DNA of 64,000 nucleotides from the NCBI GenBank assembly GCA_017881075.1, contig JADGRH010000003.1, forward strand, positions 128,682 through 192,681, read 5' to 3'. Within the stretch, counting starts at the first letter, position 1; each line of letters begins with the position of its first letter. The DNA comes from Minisyncoccota bacterium. Its GTDB lineage: Bacteria; Patescibacteriota; Minisyncoccia; Phycocordibacterales; CAJBRS01. A program made the position numbers and the translations under genes. The notes under the pieces are model-generated. The model saw only the letters and a program-made list of their open reading frames with translations. It was not told the origin of the DNA and made no database searches. Positions 52,279 through 62,049 of this stretch are shown here, piece after piece.

Positions 52279-53661
52279 GTGTCCGCTCGCATGTCAATAT
52301 CATTAGCACAACTAAAAAAACTACCCGATGAACCAGGGGTCTACTTCTTTAAGAATAGGAAGTCGATTCTTTATATTGGAAAGGCTACCTCGTTGAAAGA
52401 TCGGGTCAGAAGTTATTTGGGCAAAGATTTAATTCATACTCGCGGTCGATTGATCGTGGACATGATGGAAAAAGCTACCGAAATTGATTTCTGTAAAACT
52501 GACTCGGTTCTTGAGGCTTTGATATTGGAAGGAAATCTCATCAGCAAGCATCAACCTTATTACAATACCGACGCCAAGGACGATAAGAGTTTTAATTATG
52601 TTGTAATCACCAAAGAGGATTTCCCGCGAGTAATGCTCATTCGTGAGCGCGCCTTTCATAAAAATCCTCAAGCTGCTCTCGGTGACATAAAACCAAAATA
52701 TATTTTTGGACCATATCCGCATGGTACGCAATTAAAGGACGCTATGAAAATTGTTCGCCGTATTTTCCCGTATCGTGATCAGAGATGTATTCCAGCTTCC
52801 GAACAATTAGCGCGAGGAAAAGAGATCCCCAAGCCCTGTTTCAATCACCAAATTGGCCTATGTCCCGGAGTCTGTACCGGTGAGGTAAATAAAAAGGAAT
52901 ATGCTCGCACTGTAAACCATCTGCGGCTATTTTTTGAGGGAAAAAAAGGAAAACTAATCAAACAACTGGAAAAGGAAATGAAGATGTACGCCAAGAGTCA
53001 GGAATTTGAAAAAGCTAACGAAGTGAAACGAACGATTTACGCTCTCGGACATATTCAGGACGTATCTTTAATCAAATCCGATTCCAATCTGTCATCCTGG
53101 AGTTTCATCCAGGATCCAGGGTTATATAAACATACTCTGGATTCTGGTGTTCACCAGAATGACAGAGGTAGACCATTCAGAATGGAAGCGTACGATGTTG
53201 CACACATGGGCGGCAAAAATACCACGGGAGTAATGGTAGTAAGTGAAAATAGGGAAATCAAAAAAGCCGATTACCGAATGTTTAAGATTCGGGGAAACAA
53301 AGGAGTGAATGACATTGCCGCTCTTGTCGAAACCTTAGTAAGGAGATTCAATCATCCAGAATGGCGCTATCCGGACGTTATCGTTCTTGACGGCAGTACT
53401 GCTCAGCTTAATGTCGCCAGAGAGGTGTTGAACAAACTTGCAGAGGTCAGACCTCTGCAGGAAGATAGCAGAGGTCTGACCTCTGCAAGTCCGATCAAGC
53501 TGGTGGCGGTCGTCAAGGACGACCGCCACCGCCCAGAGAGGATAATTGGTGATGAAAAAATAGCCAAAGAATACAAGAAAGAGATTCTGCTTCTAAACAA
53601 CGAAGCCCATCGATTCACCATCAAATATCATAAAAAATTGCGCCGGAAATCTTTTCTTTGA
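52279..53661 (+). CDS. uvrC: excinuclease ABC subunit C, short form lacking the C-terminal HhH domain, with in-frame palindromic element
   Basis: GIY-YIG N-terminus (GVYFFKN...ILYIGKA), an RNase H-like endonuclease region (RMEAYDVAHMGG); 460 aa; repeat element 2 at 53437-53489 encodes AEVRPLQEDSRGLTSAS. Confidence 0.9.
   Translation: MSARMSISLAQLKKLPDEPGVYFFKNRKSILYIGKATSLKDRVRSYLGKDLIHTRGRLIVDMMEKATEIDFCKTDSVLEALILEGNLISKHQPYYNTDAKDDKSFNYVVITKEDFPRVMLIRERAFHKNPQAALGDIKPKYIFGPYPHGTQLKDAMKIVRRIFPYRDQRCIPASEQLARGKEIPKPCFNHQIGLCPGVCTGEVNKKEYARTVNHLRLFFEGKKGKLIKQLEKEMKMYAKSQEFEKANEVKRTIYALGHIQDVSLIKSDSNLSSWSFIQDPGLYKHTLDSGVHQNDRGRPFRMEAYDVAHMGGKNTTGVMVVSENREIKKADYRMFKIRGNKGVNDIAALVETLVRRFNHPEWRYPDVIVLDGSTAQLNVAREVLNKLAEVRPLQEDSRGLTSASPIKLVAVVKDDRHRPERIIGDEKIAKEYKKEILLLNNEAHRFTIKYHKKLRRKSFL
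53437..53489. repeat. palindromic repeat element family 2, copy 2 (inside uvrC, in frame)
   Basis: CTTGCAGAGGTCAGACCTCTGCAGG, spacer AAGATA, GCAGAGGTCTGACCTCTGCAAG; same core as the topA copy. Confidence 0.85.
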
Positions 53662-53667
53662 GAGGAC

Positions 53668-53993
53668 TTGACAGGAATTATACTTTTGCTAATCTGTCTT
53701 CTAGACACTTTCCAGGCTGGCGATGTCTGCCGACTCACCAACGAAATTACCCGTGCAAGGTTGCTCTTCGCTCGCCGGGTCTCCGATGAGTGCTGATGAG
53801 GATCTGGGATCCTGAAGCCTAGCGGGGACATCTGCCAGTCCTGGTTTTCGATGTTCTGGGGGGAACTAGGGGGTGGCGCGCGAAGCTTTCTGCCAACGCG
53901 CTACCCCTGATCTCTCTAGTACGGAGTCGTTCTTTTTATCAGTCAATGTTTTGTCCGCCCGTCTCGCGTTTTCGCGAACGGGCTTTGTTTTTT
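53668..53993 (+). ncRNA. candidate structured ncRNA transcription unit (family not identified)
   Basis: Promoter TTGACA, 16-nt spacer, TAATCT at 53668-53695. A GC-rich 290-nt region has long-range complementarity (CCAGGCTGGCGATGTC with GACATCTGCCAGTCCTGG; GGGGTGGCGCG with CGCGCTACCCC). A strong terminator at 53957-53993 (GCCCGTCTCGCG-TTTT-CGCGAACGGGC, then TTTGTTTTTT) closes the unit; no credible ORF. Confidence 0.35.
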
Positions 53994-54009
53994 ATGTTAA
54001 AATAATTTC

Positions 54010-54984
54010 ATGTCTAAACTAAAAGTCGGCGTTCTTCGCGGTGGGCCATCTTCCGAATACAATGTTTCGTTAAAAACCGGGCAGTCGGTGATGGAGAATT
54101 TATCGGAAAAATATCAGCCCATTGACATCTTTATTGACAAAGAGGGAACTTGGCATATTGAGGGCCTTCCTCATGAGCCATATCAAGCTTTTAAAAAAGT
54201 AGATTTAATATTTAATGCTATGCACGGTGAATATGGTGAGGACGGCAAAGTCCAACAGATTTTAGATACTCACAACATTCCTTATACCGGCTCAAGATCT
54301 CTCGGTTCGGCCATGGCCATGAATAAATTAACGTCTAAGAATATTTTTAGTCAGTACGGTCTTAAAACCCCATCTCATAAAATTTTAAAAATTAAACCTG
54401 AAGATGACATTCAAGATCATGCCCTAGAACTTTTTAGAAATTTTCCGGTGCCTTTCATTATTAAGCCGATTAGCACGGGCTCATCCGTTGGCGTCTATCT
54501 AGCCAAAGATTTTCCGGCTATTGTGGAAGGATTAAATAAAGCCGCCGCAAATTTCTCGGATCTTCTGATTGAAGAATATATTGCCGGCAGGGAAGCGACG
54601 GTCGGAGTCATTGATAATTTCAGAAATCAGCCATTGTATTCATTGCCGGCAATAGAAATTCGCCCACCGAAAAAAAATGTCTTCTTTGATCTGGATGCAA
54701 AATATAGCGGTAAGTCACAAGAGATATGTCCTGGGAATTTCAGTCACGCAGAGAAGGAACAATTACAGGAGCTGGCCAAACAGGCCCATCAAGCATTGGG
54801 GCTGAGACATTATTCCCGTTCCGATTTTATAGTCACTCCGCGCCGGGGAATCTTTATTTTAGAAACGAACACTTTGCCTGGTCTCACTTCCGAATCTCTT
54901 TTTCCTAAAGCCTTAAATGCCGTCGGTTCAAATCTGCCAGATTTTCTAGACCACGTCCTCCAGCTTGCGATGGACGGAAAATAA
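54010..54984 (+). CDS. ddl: D-alanine--D-alanine ligase
   Basis: ATP-grasp fold; KVGVLRGGPSSEYNVSL N-terminus; 324 aa. Confidence 0.9.
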   Translation: MSKLKVGVLRGGPSSEYNVSLKTGQSVMENLSEKYQPIDIFIDKEGTWHIEGLPHEPYQAFKKVDLIFNAMHGEYGEDGKVQQILDTHNIPYTGSRSLGSAMAMNKLTSKNIFSQYGLKTPSHKILKIKPEDDIQDHALELFRNFPVPFIIKPISTGSSVGVYLAKDFPAIVEGLNKAAANFSDLLIEEYIAGREATVGVIDNFRNQPLYSLPAIEIRPPKKNVFFDLDAKYSGKSQEICPGNFSHAEKEQLQELAKQAHQALGLRHYSRSDFIVTPRRGIFILETNTLPGLTSESLFPKALNAVGSNLPDFLDHVLQLAMDGK

Positions 54985-55017
54985 TAAAATAAAAACCGTC
55001 TTGTTTAAGGACGGCGT

Positions 55018-55572
55018 CTAACCCCAAAGCCAAATAATGATTGCTTGGGCAACAAAGAGTGTTGCGATCCAGATCGGCGTTGTAAGATAGAAGCGAGGTA
55101 GCTTCTTTGTGGCCGTAATCTGAATGTACTTTGTATGCCAGTTCATCTCTCCTTTGAAAAAACGACGGAGAGCATTTGGAAAATGCCAGTTCAAGAAGAA
55201 GTACAAGAAATCCTCTAATACATTTGCTCCCATCCACACGGCAAGCAAATAGATTACAGGCACCACGGTGATTCCTTCAAATGACAGAATCCAACCATGG
55301 TGTCGCGCTAAGTGAGCGAAGAGAAAATACTCGACGATGTAGATTGTCGGTAATACTCCTCCAAACATCACTAAATGATAGACGCTGATGTAGGCCTTTT
55401 CCATCGACTTTATTATCCACCTAAAGTGAAGCTTCTTGCCCCAAAATGGGCTATAGAATTCTCCACCCCATCCACTCTTGAACCGCTCAAGCCAGATTTC
55501 TAAGATGGCCAAAGGGACTGCGACTGCCAGGATGTTGCCAAAGTACATCGACAACAGAACGAAAATATTCAA
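55018..55572 (-). CDS. hypothetical polytopic membrane protein
   Basis: Trp/Phe-rich, at least four TM helices; no family assignment. Confidence 0.4.
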   Translation of the reverse strand: MNIFVLLSMYFGNILAVAVPLAILEIWLERFKSGWGGEFYSPFWGKKLHFRWIIKSMEKAYISVYHLVMFGGVLPTIYIVEYFLFAHLARHHGWILSFEGITVVPVIYLLAVWMGANVLEDFLYFFLNWHFPNALRRFFKGEMNWHTKYIQITATKKLPRFYLTTPIWIATLFVAQAIIIWLWG

Positions 55573-55628
55573 TGTGCACCGCCTTTCTATGACATACTAT
55601 ATCATATAATTATAAGTATGTCTAATAG

Positions 55629-55704
55629 TGGTGGACCCTACAGGACTCGAACCTGCCACCTCCTCAGTGCAAGTGAGGCGCTCTACCAGATGAGCTAAGG
55701 GCCC
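55629..55704 (-). tRNA. tRNA-Ala (TGC), CCA encoded
   Basis: Reverse complement gives acceptor GGGCCCT / AGGGTCC with G3:U70, anticodon loop CTTGCAC and T-arm GGCAGGTTCGAGTCCTGT. Confidence 0.85.
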
Positions 55705-55767
55705 AATATATGAGTATTTTAGTTAATTCCAGACTAAAAGCAATCATCTTCTGCTATAATCCACCAA

Positions 55768-56364
55768 TTGACCAAAGGCAAAATAATCGGTGTGGATTTA
55801 GATGATGTCTTGCTTGATTTTAATGCTGGCATGGCTCTTTACCACAACTCCATTTACGGCACCTCTTTTACCCGCGATCAGATTAAATTTCCTCAACTCG
55901 AGTTGGCCTGGGGTTGCACTCGCGAAGAAGCCCACCAAAGGATTGCTGATTTTTATCAGACGGAAGAACATTCTAATGTTTTGCCGGTGAGAGGAGCCGT
56001 TGAAGCTACTAGAGAATTGGCTAAAAATCATGAGCTAATAATTGTCACCGCTAAACCGCCCGCTTTAAGGGAAAGAACTTTGAAGTGGTTGGATAAACAT
56101 TACCCCGGTATTTTCAAGGATATTCATTTTACCAACCAATTTATTAGCAAGGGAACTGAGAAGATAACAAAAGTGGAAGTATGTGATCAGGAGGGAATTG
56201 AAATTTTTATTGATGACTTTCCGCACAATGCCATTGAAATTGCCGAAAGTGGTCGGAAAGTTTTTCTACTTGATTGTCCGTGGAATCAAATTGAACTACC
56301 CTTCAATATTGTCCGGGTTTATTCCTGGAAAGAGATAGTAGAAAAAATTGGACAAGGTTTATAG
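55768..56364 (+). CDS. HAD-superfamily 5'(3')-deoxyribonucleotidase-like phosphatase
   Basis: DxD motif IGVDLDDVLLDF at the N-terminus; 198 aa. Confidence 0.65.
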   Translation: MTKGKIIGVDLDDVLLDFNAGMALYHNSIYGTSFTRDQIKFPQLELAWGCTREEAHQRIADFYQTEEHSNVLPVRGAVEATRELAKNHELIIVTAKPPALRERTLKWLDKHYPGIFKDIHFTNQFISKGTEKITKVEVCDQEGIEIFIDDFPHNAIEIAESGRKVFLLDCPWNQIELPFNIVRVYSWKEIVEKIGQGL

Positions 56365-56383
56365 TGAGTGATATCGTCTCTTC

Positions 56384-57634
56384 ATGCCCCCTGAAACACA
56401 ATCGGAAGATATAATATTACTTCCCCCTGCTTTAAAACCAAAAACTAAAACCAGAACTAGGAAAAAAGTGGAAAGCCCCGCCAATTTACCTGTCGGCGAA
56501 TCTAGCTTGATGATAGTCCCAAAACCCCAATCATTTTTTAGAAAATGGGGGAGTCTGATAGTACTCTCATTGGGCTTAGCTATCATCATTATTGATACCA
56601 CTATTTTGAATGCTTCTTTTTTAACCACTAATTATAGCTGGCGTTGGGCTTTACGAGTGAATCTTTTTGTGGTCGCCCTACTTCTAGCTGGACCATATTT
56701 AATTAAGAGTGTTCGACACAAAGACCAAAGACCCGGATTATCCAAATTAGATGATATTGGCATCATTCTTTCGTCTGTCGGATTACTTTCAATTGTTTTT
56801 GCCATTATCGAATCATCCACTTATGGTTGGTGGAGGGCTAAAGAGGTTTTTAGCATTGGCAACCAGACTTTTCCTCTTAGTGGAAATTTTTCTATCGTCT
56901 TGCCAGCTTTAATTTATGGAATAATTGTTTTAGCATTATTTTTTTGGTGGGAAAATTATACTGAAAAGAAAAATAATATGCCGTTAGTTTCACTTTCTAT
57001 ATTTCGAAATCGTCAATTTACCACCGGCGCCATCACTACAGCTCTTATGACCATGAGCTTTGCCGGAATACTCTTTTCAGTGCCGATTTTTCTCCAAGCA
57101 GTGAGACATCTCGATGCTATTCATACCGGCTTAGCTCTGCTCCCCATGTTTCTTGGTATTTTAATAACAGCCCCTTTGGCCGCTTTTCTTAGTAATCGCA
57201 TTCCGCCGAAAAAATTAATTCAAGCTGGATTTATCATTAATCTTATTGGGTTATCCGTTCTTTATTTAAGTTTGAATGTTAACGCTACGGTTTGGACTCT
57301 GGCTCCCGGCCTTGCCATTTTCGGTCTCGGTATGGGATTTATTTTTTCTCAATTAAACAATCTGACCCTTTCAGCAGTTTCGGTAAGCGAAGCCGGAGAA
57401 GCCTCCGGTCTTAGCAACACCCTCCGACAGCTTGGCCAAACTTTGGGGTTCGCAATGATCGGGGCCGTTTTAATTTCCAGTCTGAGTGTCAATTTAATCA
57501 AGGGCGTAGACGCCAGTACGACCATAGTGAAAGGCAACCAGGAGGCCTTGGTTTATTCCATTCTTTTTACTATTTGGGCTTTTGTCTTTTCATTCAGTCT
57601 GCCTAAGGTCAAACTCATTTCAGATACTGTTTGA
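56384..57634 (+). CDS. MFS-like polytopic transporter (possibly N-terminally extended or partial)
   Basis: About 10 TM helices after a Lys/Pro-rich N-terminus; no diagnostic MFS motif confirmed. Confidence 0.35.
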   Translation: MPPETQSEDIILLPPALKPKTKTRTRKKVESPANLPVGESSLMIVPKPQSFFRKWGSLIVLSLGLAIIIIDTTILNASFLTTNYSWRWALRVNLFVVALLLAGPYLIKSVRHKDQRPGLSKLDDIGIILSSVGLLSIVFAIIESSTYGWWRAKEVFSIGNQTFPLSGNFSIVLPALIYGIIVLALFFWWENYTEKKNNMPLVSLSIFRNRQFTTGAITTALMTMSFAGILFSVPIFLQAVRHLDAIHTGLALLPMFLGILITAPLAAFLSNRIPPKKLIQAGFIINLIGLSVLYLSLNVNATVWTLAPGLAIFGLGMGFIFSQLNNLTLSAVSVSEAGEASGLSNTLRQLGQTLGFAMIGAVLISSLSVNLIKGVDASTTIVKGNQEALVYSILFTIWAFVFSFSLPKVKLISDTV

Positions 57635-58445
57635 TTTTAGCCACGTGCTCCTCATATGTTTTTGAACAATGAATGACACGATTTTTATCATGAAAATAAA
57701 AAATACAATCGGTGCTTATCGGATTGAAGGCGGCGTCAATAGCAGCCAGACCGGGATTAGAAATAGCTGATGGAGGTAAACCCTCATTTTTGTAGGTGTT
57801 GTAGGGTGAGTTGATCTTTTTGTCAGCCGGTAGCACTTGTGGCCACCAGCCGTTAGCGTTAGTTCCTTTGGCATATTGCAAAGTGGCATCCATGTCCAGG
57901 CTTATACCCTGGAAAAGACGATTCCATATAATTCCAGAAATTAAATTCATATCGTTCTTACCGGCCGCTTCGCGCTGAATAATAGAAGCGATCTTCACTG
58001 CCGTGTCCAGATTAATAATTTTTTTGCCGGAGTTGGTCACTTCTGGTTTAACCTCCTGATTAAACTTATCAATCATTTTTTGACCGACATCCTTGCCTGT
58101 AGCATAAGCAGAAACTAAATATGTTTCCGGGAAGTAATAACCCTCCACGTTTACTTCAAAATCTTTCTTATTTTGATCGTTCCAGGCCAGTGCTTTGGCG
58201 TAGATATCCACAATTTGCTCTTTGCGTAAACCGGGTTCAATATGGACCGCTCGGAGATATGGGTTGGCCAGATTTTGATAGGCTTCCAAAAAACTCATCC
58301 CATTTGAAAGAAGATATCCACCACGAAACATTATCAAAGCTAATAAAAAAAGACCGATCCATGCCAGAGATGCTTTGACCCTCATTGATATATTATATAC
58401 TATAGGCTCAATACTAATAAATATATGTCTAATAAATTCAGCCAA
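57615..58445 (-). CDS. mltG: endolytic murein transglycosylase MltG (YceG-like)
   Basis: N-terminal TM helix and YceG-like domain; 276 aa. Confidence 0.75.
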   Translation of the reverse strand: MAEFIRHIFISIEPIVYNISMRVKASLAWIGLFLLALIMFRGGYLLSNGMSFLEAYQNLANPYLRAVHIEPGLRKEQIVDIYAKALAWNDQNKKDFEVNVEGYYFPETYLVSAYATGKDVGQKMIDKFNQEVKPEVTNSGKKIINLDTAVKIASIIQREAAGKNDMNLISGIIWNRLFQGISLDMDATLQYAKGTNANGWWPQVLPADKKINSPYNTYKNEGLPPSAISNPGLAAIDAAFNPISTDCIFYFHDKNRVIHCSKTYEEHVAKIKQYLK

Positions 58446-58928
58446 ACACGTAAAAATTTTCCCATCAGCCGTCGCTTAATTCTAAAGAGAACTGCTGAAG
58501 CTACCGTTCTTCTAGTAATCTTGCTTTTAGTGATGTATTTCTTTGGCATTTCCACCTTTGAGCTCAACTTTAACCAAACAAGCATTGTGGTGGGCAGTGC
58601 TATTTTGTCTGTTATTATTATTGCTCTTTTATATGAAAAGGCCTATTTCTCAACCTATTTTTACGAATTAACCGAAAATTACATCATCATTAAAAAAGAT
58701 CCAGTAATGCCCCGAGAGATAACAGTTCCTTATGACAGAATCACCTCGGTAACCATTGATCGCGACATTTTTGATTTCTTGCTCGGCCTTTGTGATCTGC
58801 ATATCAGTACCGAAAATGCCGCTTTTCTCGGAATGGAAGCCCACATTGACGGACTTACCCGCGCCGCGGCCAATGGTCTTCAGGGGGTGCTCCAAACTAA
58901 AATGATGGAAACCAAGAAAAATTTGTAA
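58425..58928 (+). CDS. bacterial PH-domain (YdbT/DUF304-like) membrane protein
   Basis: Two TM helices followed by a bPH-like beta region. Confidence 0.45.
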   Translation: MSNKFSQTRKNFPISRRLILKRTAEATVLLVILLLVMYFFGISTFELNFNQTSIVVGSAILSVIIIALLYEKAYFSTYFYELTENYIIIKKDPVMPREITVPYDRITSVTIDRDIFDFLLGLCDLHISTENAAFLGMEAHIDGLTRAAANGLQGVLQTKMMETKKNL

Positions 58929-58956
58929 GAAAAAAGAGAGTTTTACGTCTATAATT

Positions 58957-59472
58957 ATGGTTAAAAAAGCGACGAAGCAACAGTTCTTGGAAGCATATAA
59001 TCAATATGGAGATGCAATCTTCCGATATTGTTTTTATAAGACTTCCAATCGGGAAAAAGCTTTGGATCTGATGCAGGATACCTTTGTTAAAACTTGGGAA
59101 TATATTGTCGCTGGCAAAAAGATTGATAATCTTAAGGCCTTTTTGTACAAGAGTGCCACCAATTTAATCATTGATTGGTTCCGTAAGAAGAAGATGTTGT
59201 CGCTGGATGAGCTCTCGGAATCCGGTTTTGACCCTAGTTTTGATCGAACCGACAGAATGATTAATCAACTAGATGGAGAGATTGCCCTAGAAGCAGTTAA
59301 TTTAATTGAACCAATTTATCGCGACGTTATTGTCATGAGATATGTAGAAGAATTATCCATTAAGGAAATCGCTGATATTCTGGAAGAAAAAGAAAATAAT
59401 ATCTCTGTTCGCCTCAATCGAGGGATGAAAAAATTACGTCAAGTTTTAAATGAACATGAACAACCAATTTGA
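58957..59472 (+). CDS. ECF-type RNA polymerase sigma factor
   Basis: Region 2 (DLMQDTFVKTWEYI) and a region 4 HTH (SIKEIADILEEKENNISVRLNRGMKKLR). Confidence 0.85.
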   Translation: MVKKATKQQFLEAYNQYGDAIFRYCFYKTSNREKALDLMQDTFVKTWEYIVAGKKIDNLKAFLYKSATNLIIDWFRKKKMLSLDELSESGFDPSFDRTDRMINQLDGEIALEAVNLIEPIYRDVIVMRYVEELSIKEIADILEEKENNISVRLNRGMKKLRQVLNEHEQPI

Positions 59473-60187
59473 TCAATATTTAAAAAGAACCAGAGGAGTC
59501 AAAATGACTCCTGAGGAAAAAGAGAAAACCTTCAACGAACTGAAGGCTCGGGTTCTTGTTACGCCCGAAGGCACCCCATCCTTTCTTCAATCTCATTTCT
59601 CTGGTTACTCATTTCAATTTAGTGGTCAAAAAGTGGCTGTTTTTGTAGTTCTGGCCATTCTCATTTTGACTACCAGTACTTCATTTGCTGCTGGAGGAGC
59701 TCTGCCCGGGGACTTTCTCTACCCGGTTAAAATAAATGTCAATGAAAAAGTGGAGGGTTATATTGCCGAGAAACAAGGAGCCAAACAAGCCTTTGAAGTT
59801 AAGGTTGCCTTGAATCGCTTGAAAGAAGCGGAACAATTACAAACCGAAGGTAGATTAGATGAGAAATCAAAAGAAATCATCACAACTAATTTCGAGCAAC
59901 ATGCCGCCAACGTCCAATTTGAAGAAGGGCTTACCACTTCAGTAGTAGCTACCAGTTCATTAAAAACTCGTTTTCAAGCCGCCCTTGAAAACCATCGAGA
60001 TGTTCTGAAACAATTATCTAATTTATCAAAAAAGAGCGACAAACCGGCTCTCTCATCTTTGATTATGGTTGTTGATAATGAATTGAAAGTCGGATCATCT
60101 ACTGTCACAACTGCGGCAGAAGGCGAGATCAAGGTGGAGTCGGTGAAGGGAATAGATGAGAAACTCAATTTTGACGGCGGGCACTAA
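59450..60187 (+). CDS. putative anti-sigma factor / DUF5667-like membrane protein
   Basis: Overlaps the sigma gene by 23 nt; single TM helix then an extracytoplasmic alpha-helical domain. Confidence 0.45.
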   Translation: MNMNNQFDQYLKRTRGVKMTPEEKEKTFNELKARVLVTPEGTPSFLQSHFSGYSFQFSGQKVAVFVVLAILILTTSTSFAAGGALPGDFLYPVKINVNEKVEGYIAEKQGAKQAFEVKVALNRLKEAEQLQTEGRLDEKSKEIITTNFEQHAANVQFEEGLTTSVVATSSLKTRFQAALENHRDVLKQLSNLSKKSDKPALSSLIMVVDNELKVGSSTVTTAAEGEIKVESVKGIDEKLNFDGGH

Positions 60188-60223
60188 TTTATTTCAGTTA
60201 TCTATGTTTGATATAATCATTTC

Positions 60224-61474
60224 ATGCCCGTTTGTTTCGTTATCTTTGGCATTACCGGCGATTTGTCTCAGACTAAACTGATTCCTTCTATTTTTAATCT
60301 TTATCGAAAAGGAGCCTTACCGAAGAATTTCAAAGTGGTCGGTTACTCTAGGCGAGATATTTCTCCTCAAGATTTCAACACCTACATTCAAAAGATTGTC
60401 GGTAAGAATGATAAGAAATTCCTGAAGCATTTTATTTATGTCCAGGGGCAATTTAATCGGGCGGCCAACTATGGCAAACTGTCGGCCGCCCTATCCAAAA
60501 TCGATGAGAGTGAATTTAAAGAATGTAGCAATAAATTATTCTATCTTGCGGTACCACCGAAGTGGTATGGTCTCATATCAAAACATTTATCCGCTTCAGG
60601 ATTAACCATTCCTTGTGGCGGCAAATTAGGTTGGACTAGAATTTTAGTAGAGAAACCTTTCGGTCATGATATCACTACCGCCCGAAAACTTAATTTGGAG
60701 TTGGCCAAACTTTTTAGAGAGGAGCAGATTTTTCGCATTGATCACTATCTGGGGAAAGAGGCTTATCGGAAAATTTTGGATTTTCGTTTTGTCAGTGGAA
60801 AATTGGAGAGATTTTGGAATCATAAATATATTGAACGAGTAGAGATAGATCTCTTGGAAAAAAAAGGAGTGGGTCGTCGCGCTGCTTTCTATGATCAGGT
60901 CGGAGCTCTAAGAGATGTCGGTCAGAATCATATGCTTCAGATGTTGGCCTTGGTGGCCATGAAGCGGCCGAGAAGTTTTAAGGCGGAAGATATTCGAAAG
61001 GAACGAGCCGGAATTTTAGAAAATATTGAGATCTTTAATCAGTCGGAACTTAAAAAAAATGTTCATCGAGGGCAATATCAAGGTTATAGAGAAGAAAAAG
61101 GAGTAGCTAGAAATTCACAGACAGAAACTTTTTTTGATTTAAACTTAAAGCTTCGGGACAAAAACTGGCGGGGTGTATCATTCAGATTACGAAGTGGCAA
61201 GGCTCTAAAAGAGAATAAGGTAGAAATCAGAATCTATTTTAAAGAAGGTCTTAAAAATATTAACTTTAATTACAGTCATCAAGACAAGAGAAATTCTGCT
61301 GATGCATATGAGAACGTCTTAATGGATTGTGTCTCGGGGGATCAGACTATTTTTACCAGCACCAAGGAGGTGGAGGCGGCTTGGAAATTCATTACTCCGA
61401 TTTTAAAAAAATGGAAAAAACTACCCCTTATTATATATACACAAGGCACATTAAATGATAAATTAGTGACATGA
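60224..61474 (+). CDS. zwf: glucose-6-phosphate 1-dehydrogenase
   Basis: NADP site FVIFGITGDL and active-site RIDHYLGKE. Confidence 0.9.
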   Translation: MPVCFVIFGITGDLSQTKLIPSIFNLYRKGALPKNFKVVGYSRRDISPQDFNTYIQKIVGKNDKKFLKHFIYVQGQFNRAANYGKLSAALSKIDESEFKECSNKLFYLAVPPKWYGLISKHLSASGLTIPCGGKLGWTRILVEKPFGHDITTARKLNLELAKLFREEQIFRIDHYLGKEAYRKILDFRFVSGKLERFWNHKYIERVEIDLLEKKGVGRRAAFYDQVGALRDVGQNHMLQMLALVAMKRPRSFKAEDIRKERAGILENIEIFNQSELKKNVHRGQYQGYREEKGVARNSQTETFFDLNLKLRDKNWRGVSFRLRSGKALKENKVEIRIYFKEGLKNINFNYSHQDKRNSADAYENVLMDCVSGDQTIFTSTKEVEAAWKFITPILKKWKKLPLIIYTQGTLNDKLVT

Positions 61475-62043
61475 AGATTTATATTTTACAAGGTAACCCT
61501 GATAATGAGACCATCTGCGGTTCTTTTGCCGATCATTATGAAAAAGGGGCTAAGGAAGCAGGGCATGAAGTGAGACGCGCTAACATTGGAGAACTTAAAT
61601 TTGACCCTATCCTTCATAAAGGATACAAAGCCATTCAAACACTTGAGCCGGATCTATTGAAGGTTCAGGAAGATATGAAATGGGCTGATCATATTGTCCT
61701 CTTTTATCCAATGTGGTGGTCATCAATGCCAGCTATTCTTAAGGGCATGTTTGACCGGATGTTTTTACCTGGCTTCGCCTATCATTTTCGTGAACATGAT
61801 ATGGGCTGGCACGGCCTCCTTCACGGCCGATCGGCGCACGTCTTCATCACTATGGATTCATGGCCGATCCTTCAGCGCATTCTTTTCGGCGATTCCACTA
61901 ACGAGATCGGCCGTGCCATCCTAAAATTCTCCGGTATTCATCCGGTTAAAATTAAAAAAATAGGCCCAATCAAGGGTATGTCTACCGAGCATCTTAATAA
62001 GTGGAACGACGAGATGTATTTATTTGGGAAGAAAGGGAAGTAG
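61471..62043 (+). CDS. flavodoxin-like NAD(P)H-dependent oxidoreductase
   Basis: MKIYILQGNP N-terminus and the HIVLFYPMWW motif. Confidence 0.65.
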   Translation: MKIYILQGNPDNETICGSFADHYEKGAKEAGHEVRRANIGELKFDPILHKGYKAIQTLEPDLLKVQEDMKWADHIVLFYPMWWSSMPAILKGMFDRMFLPGFAYHFREHDMGWHGLLHGRSAHVFITMDSWPILQRILFGDSTNEIGRAILKFSGIHPVKIKKIGPIKGMSTEHLNKWNDEMYLFGKKGK

Positions 62044-62049
62044 CTTTCT

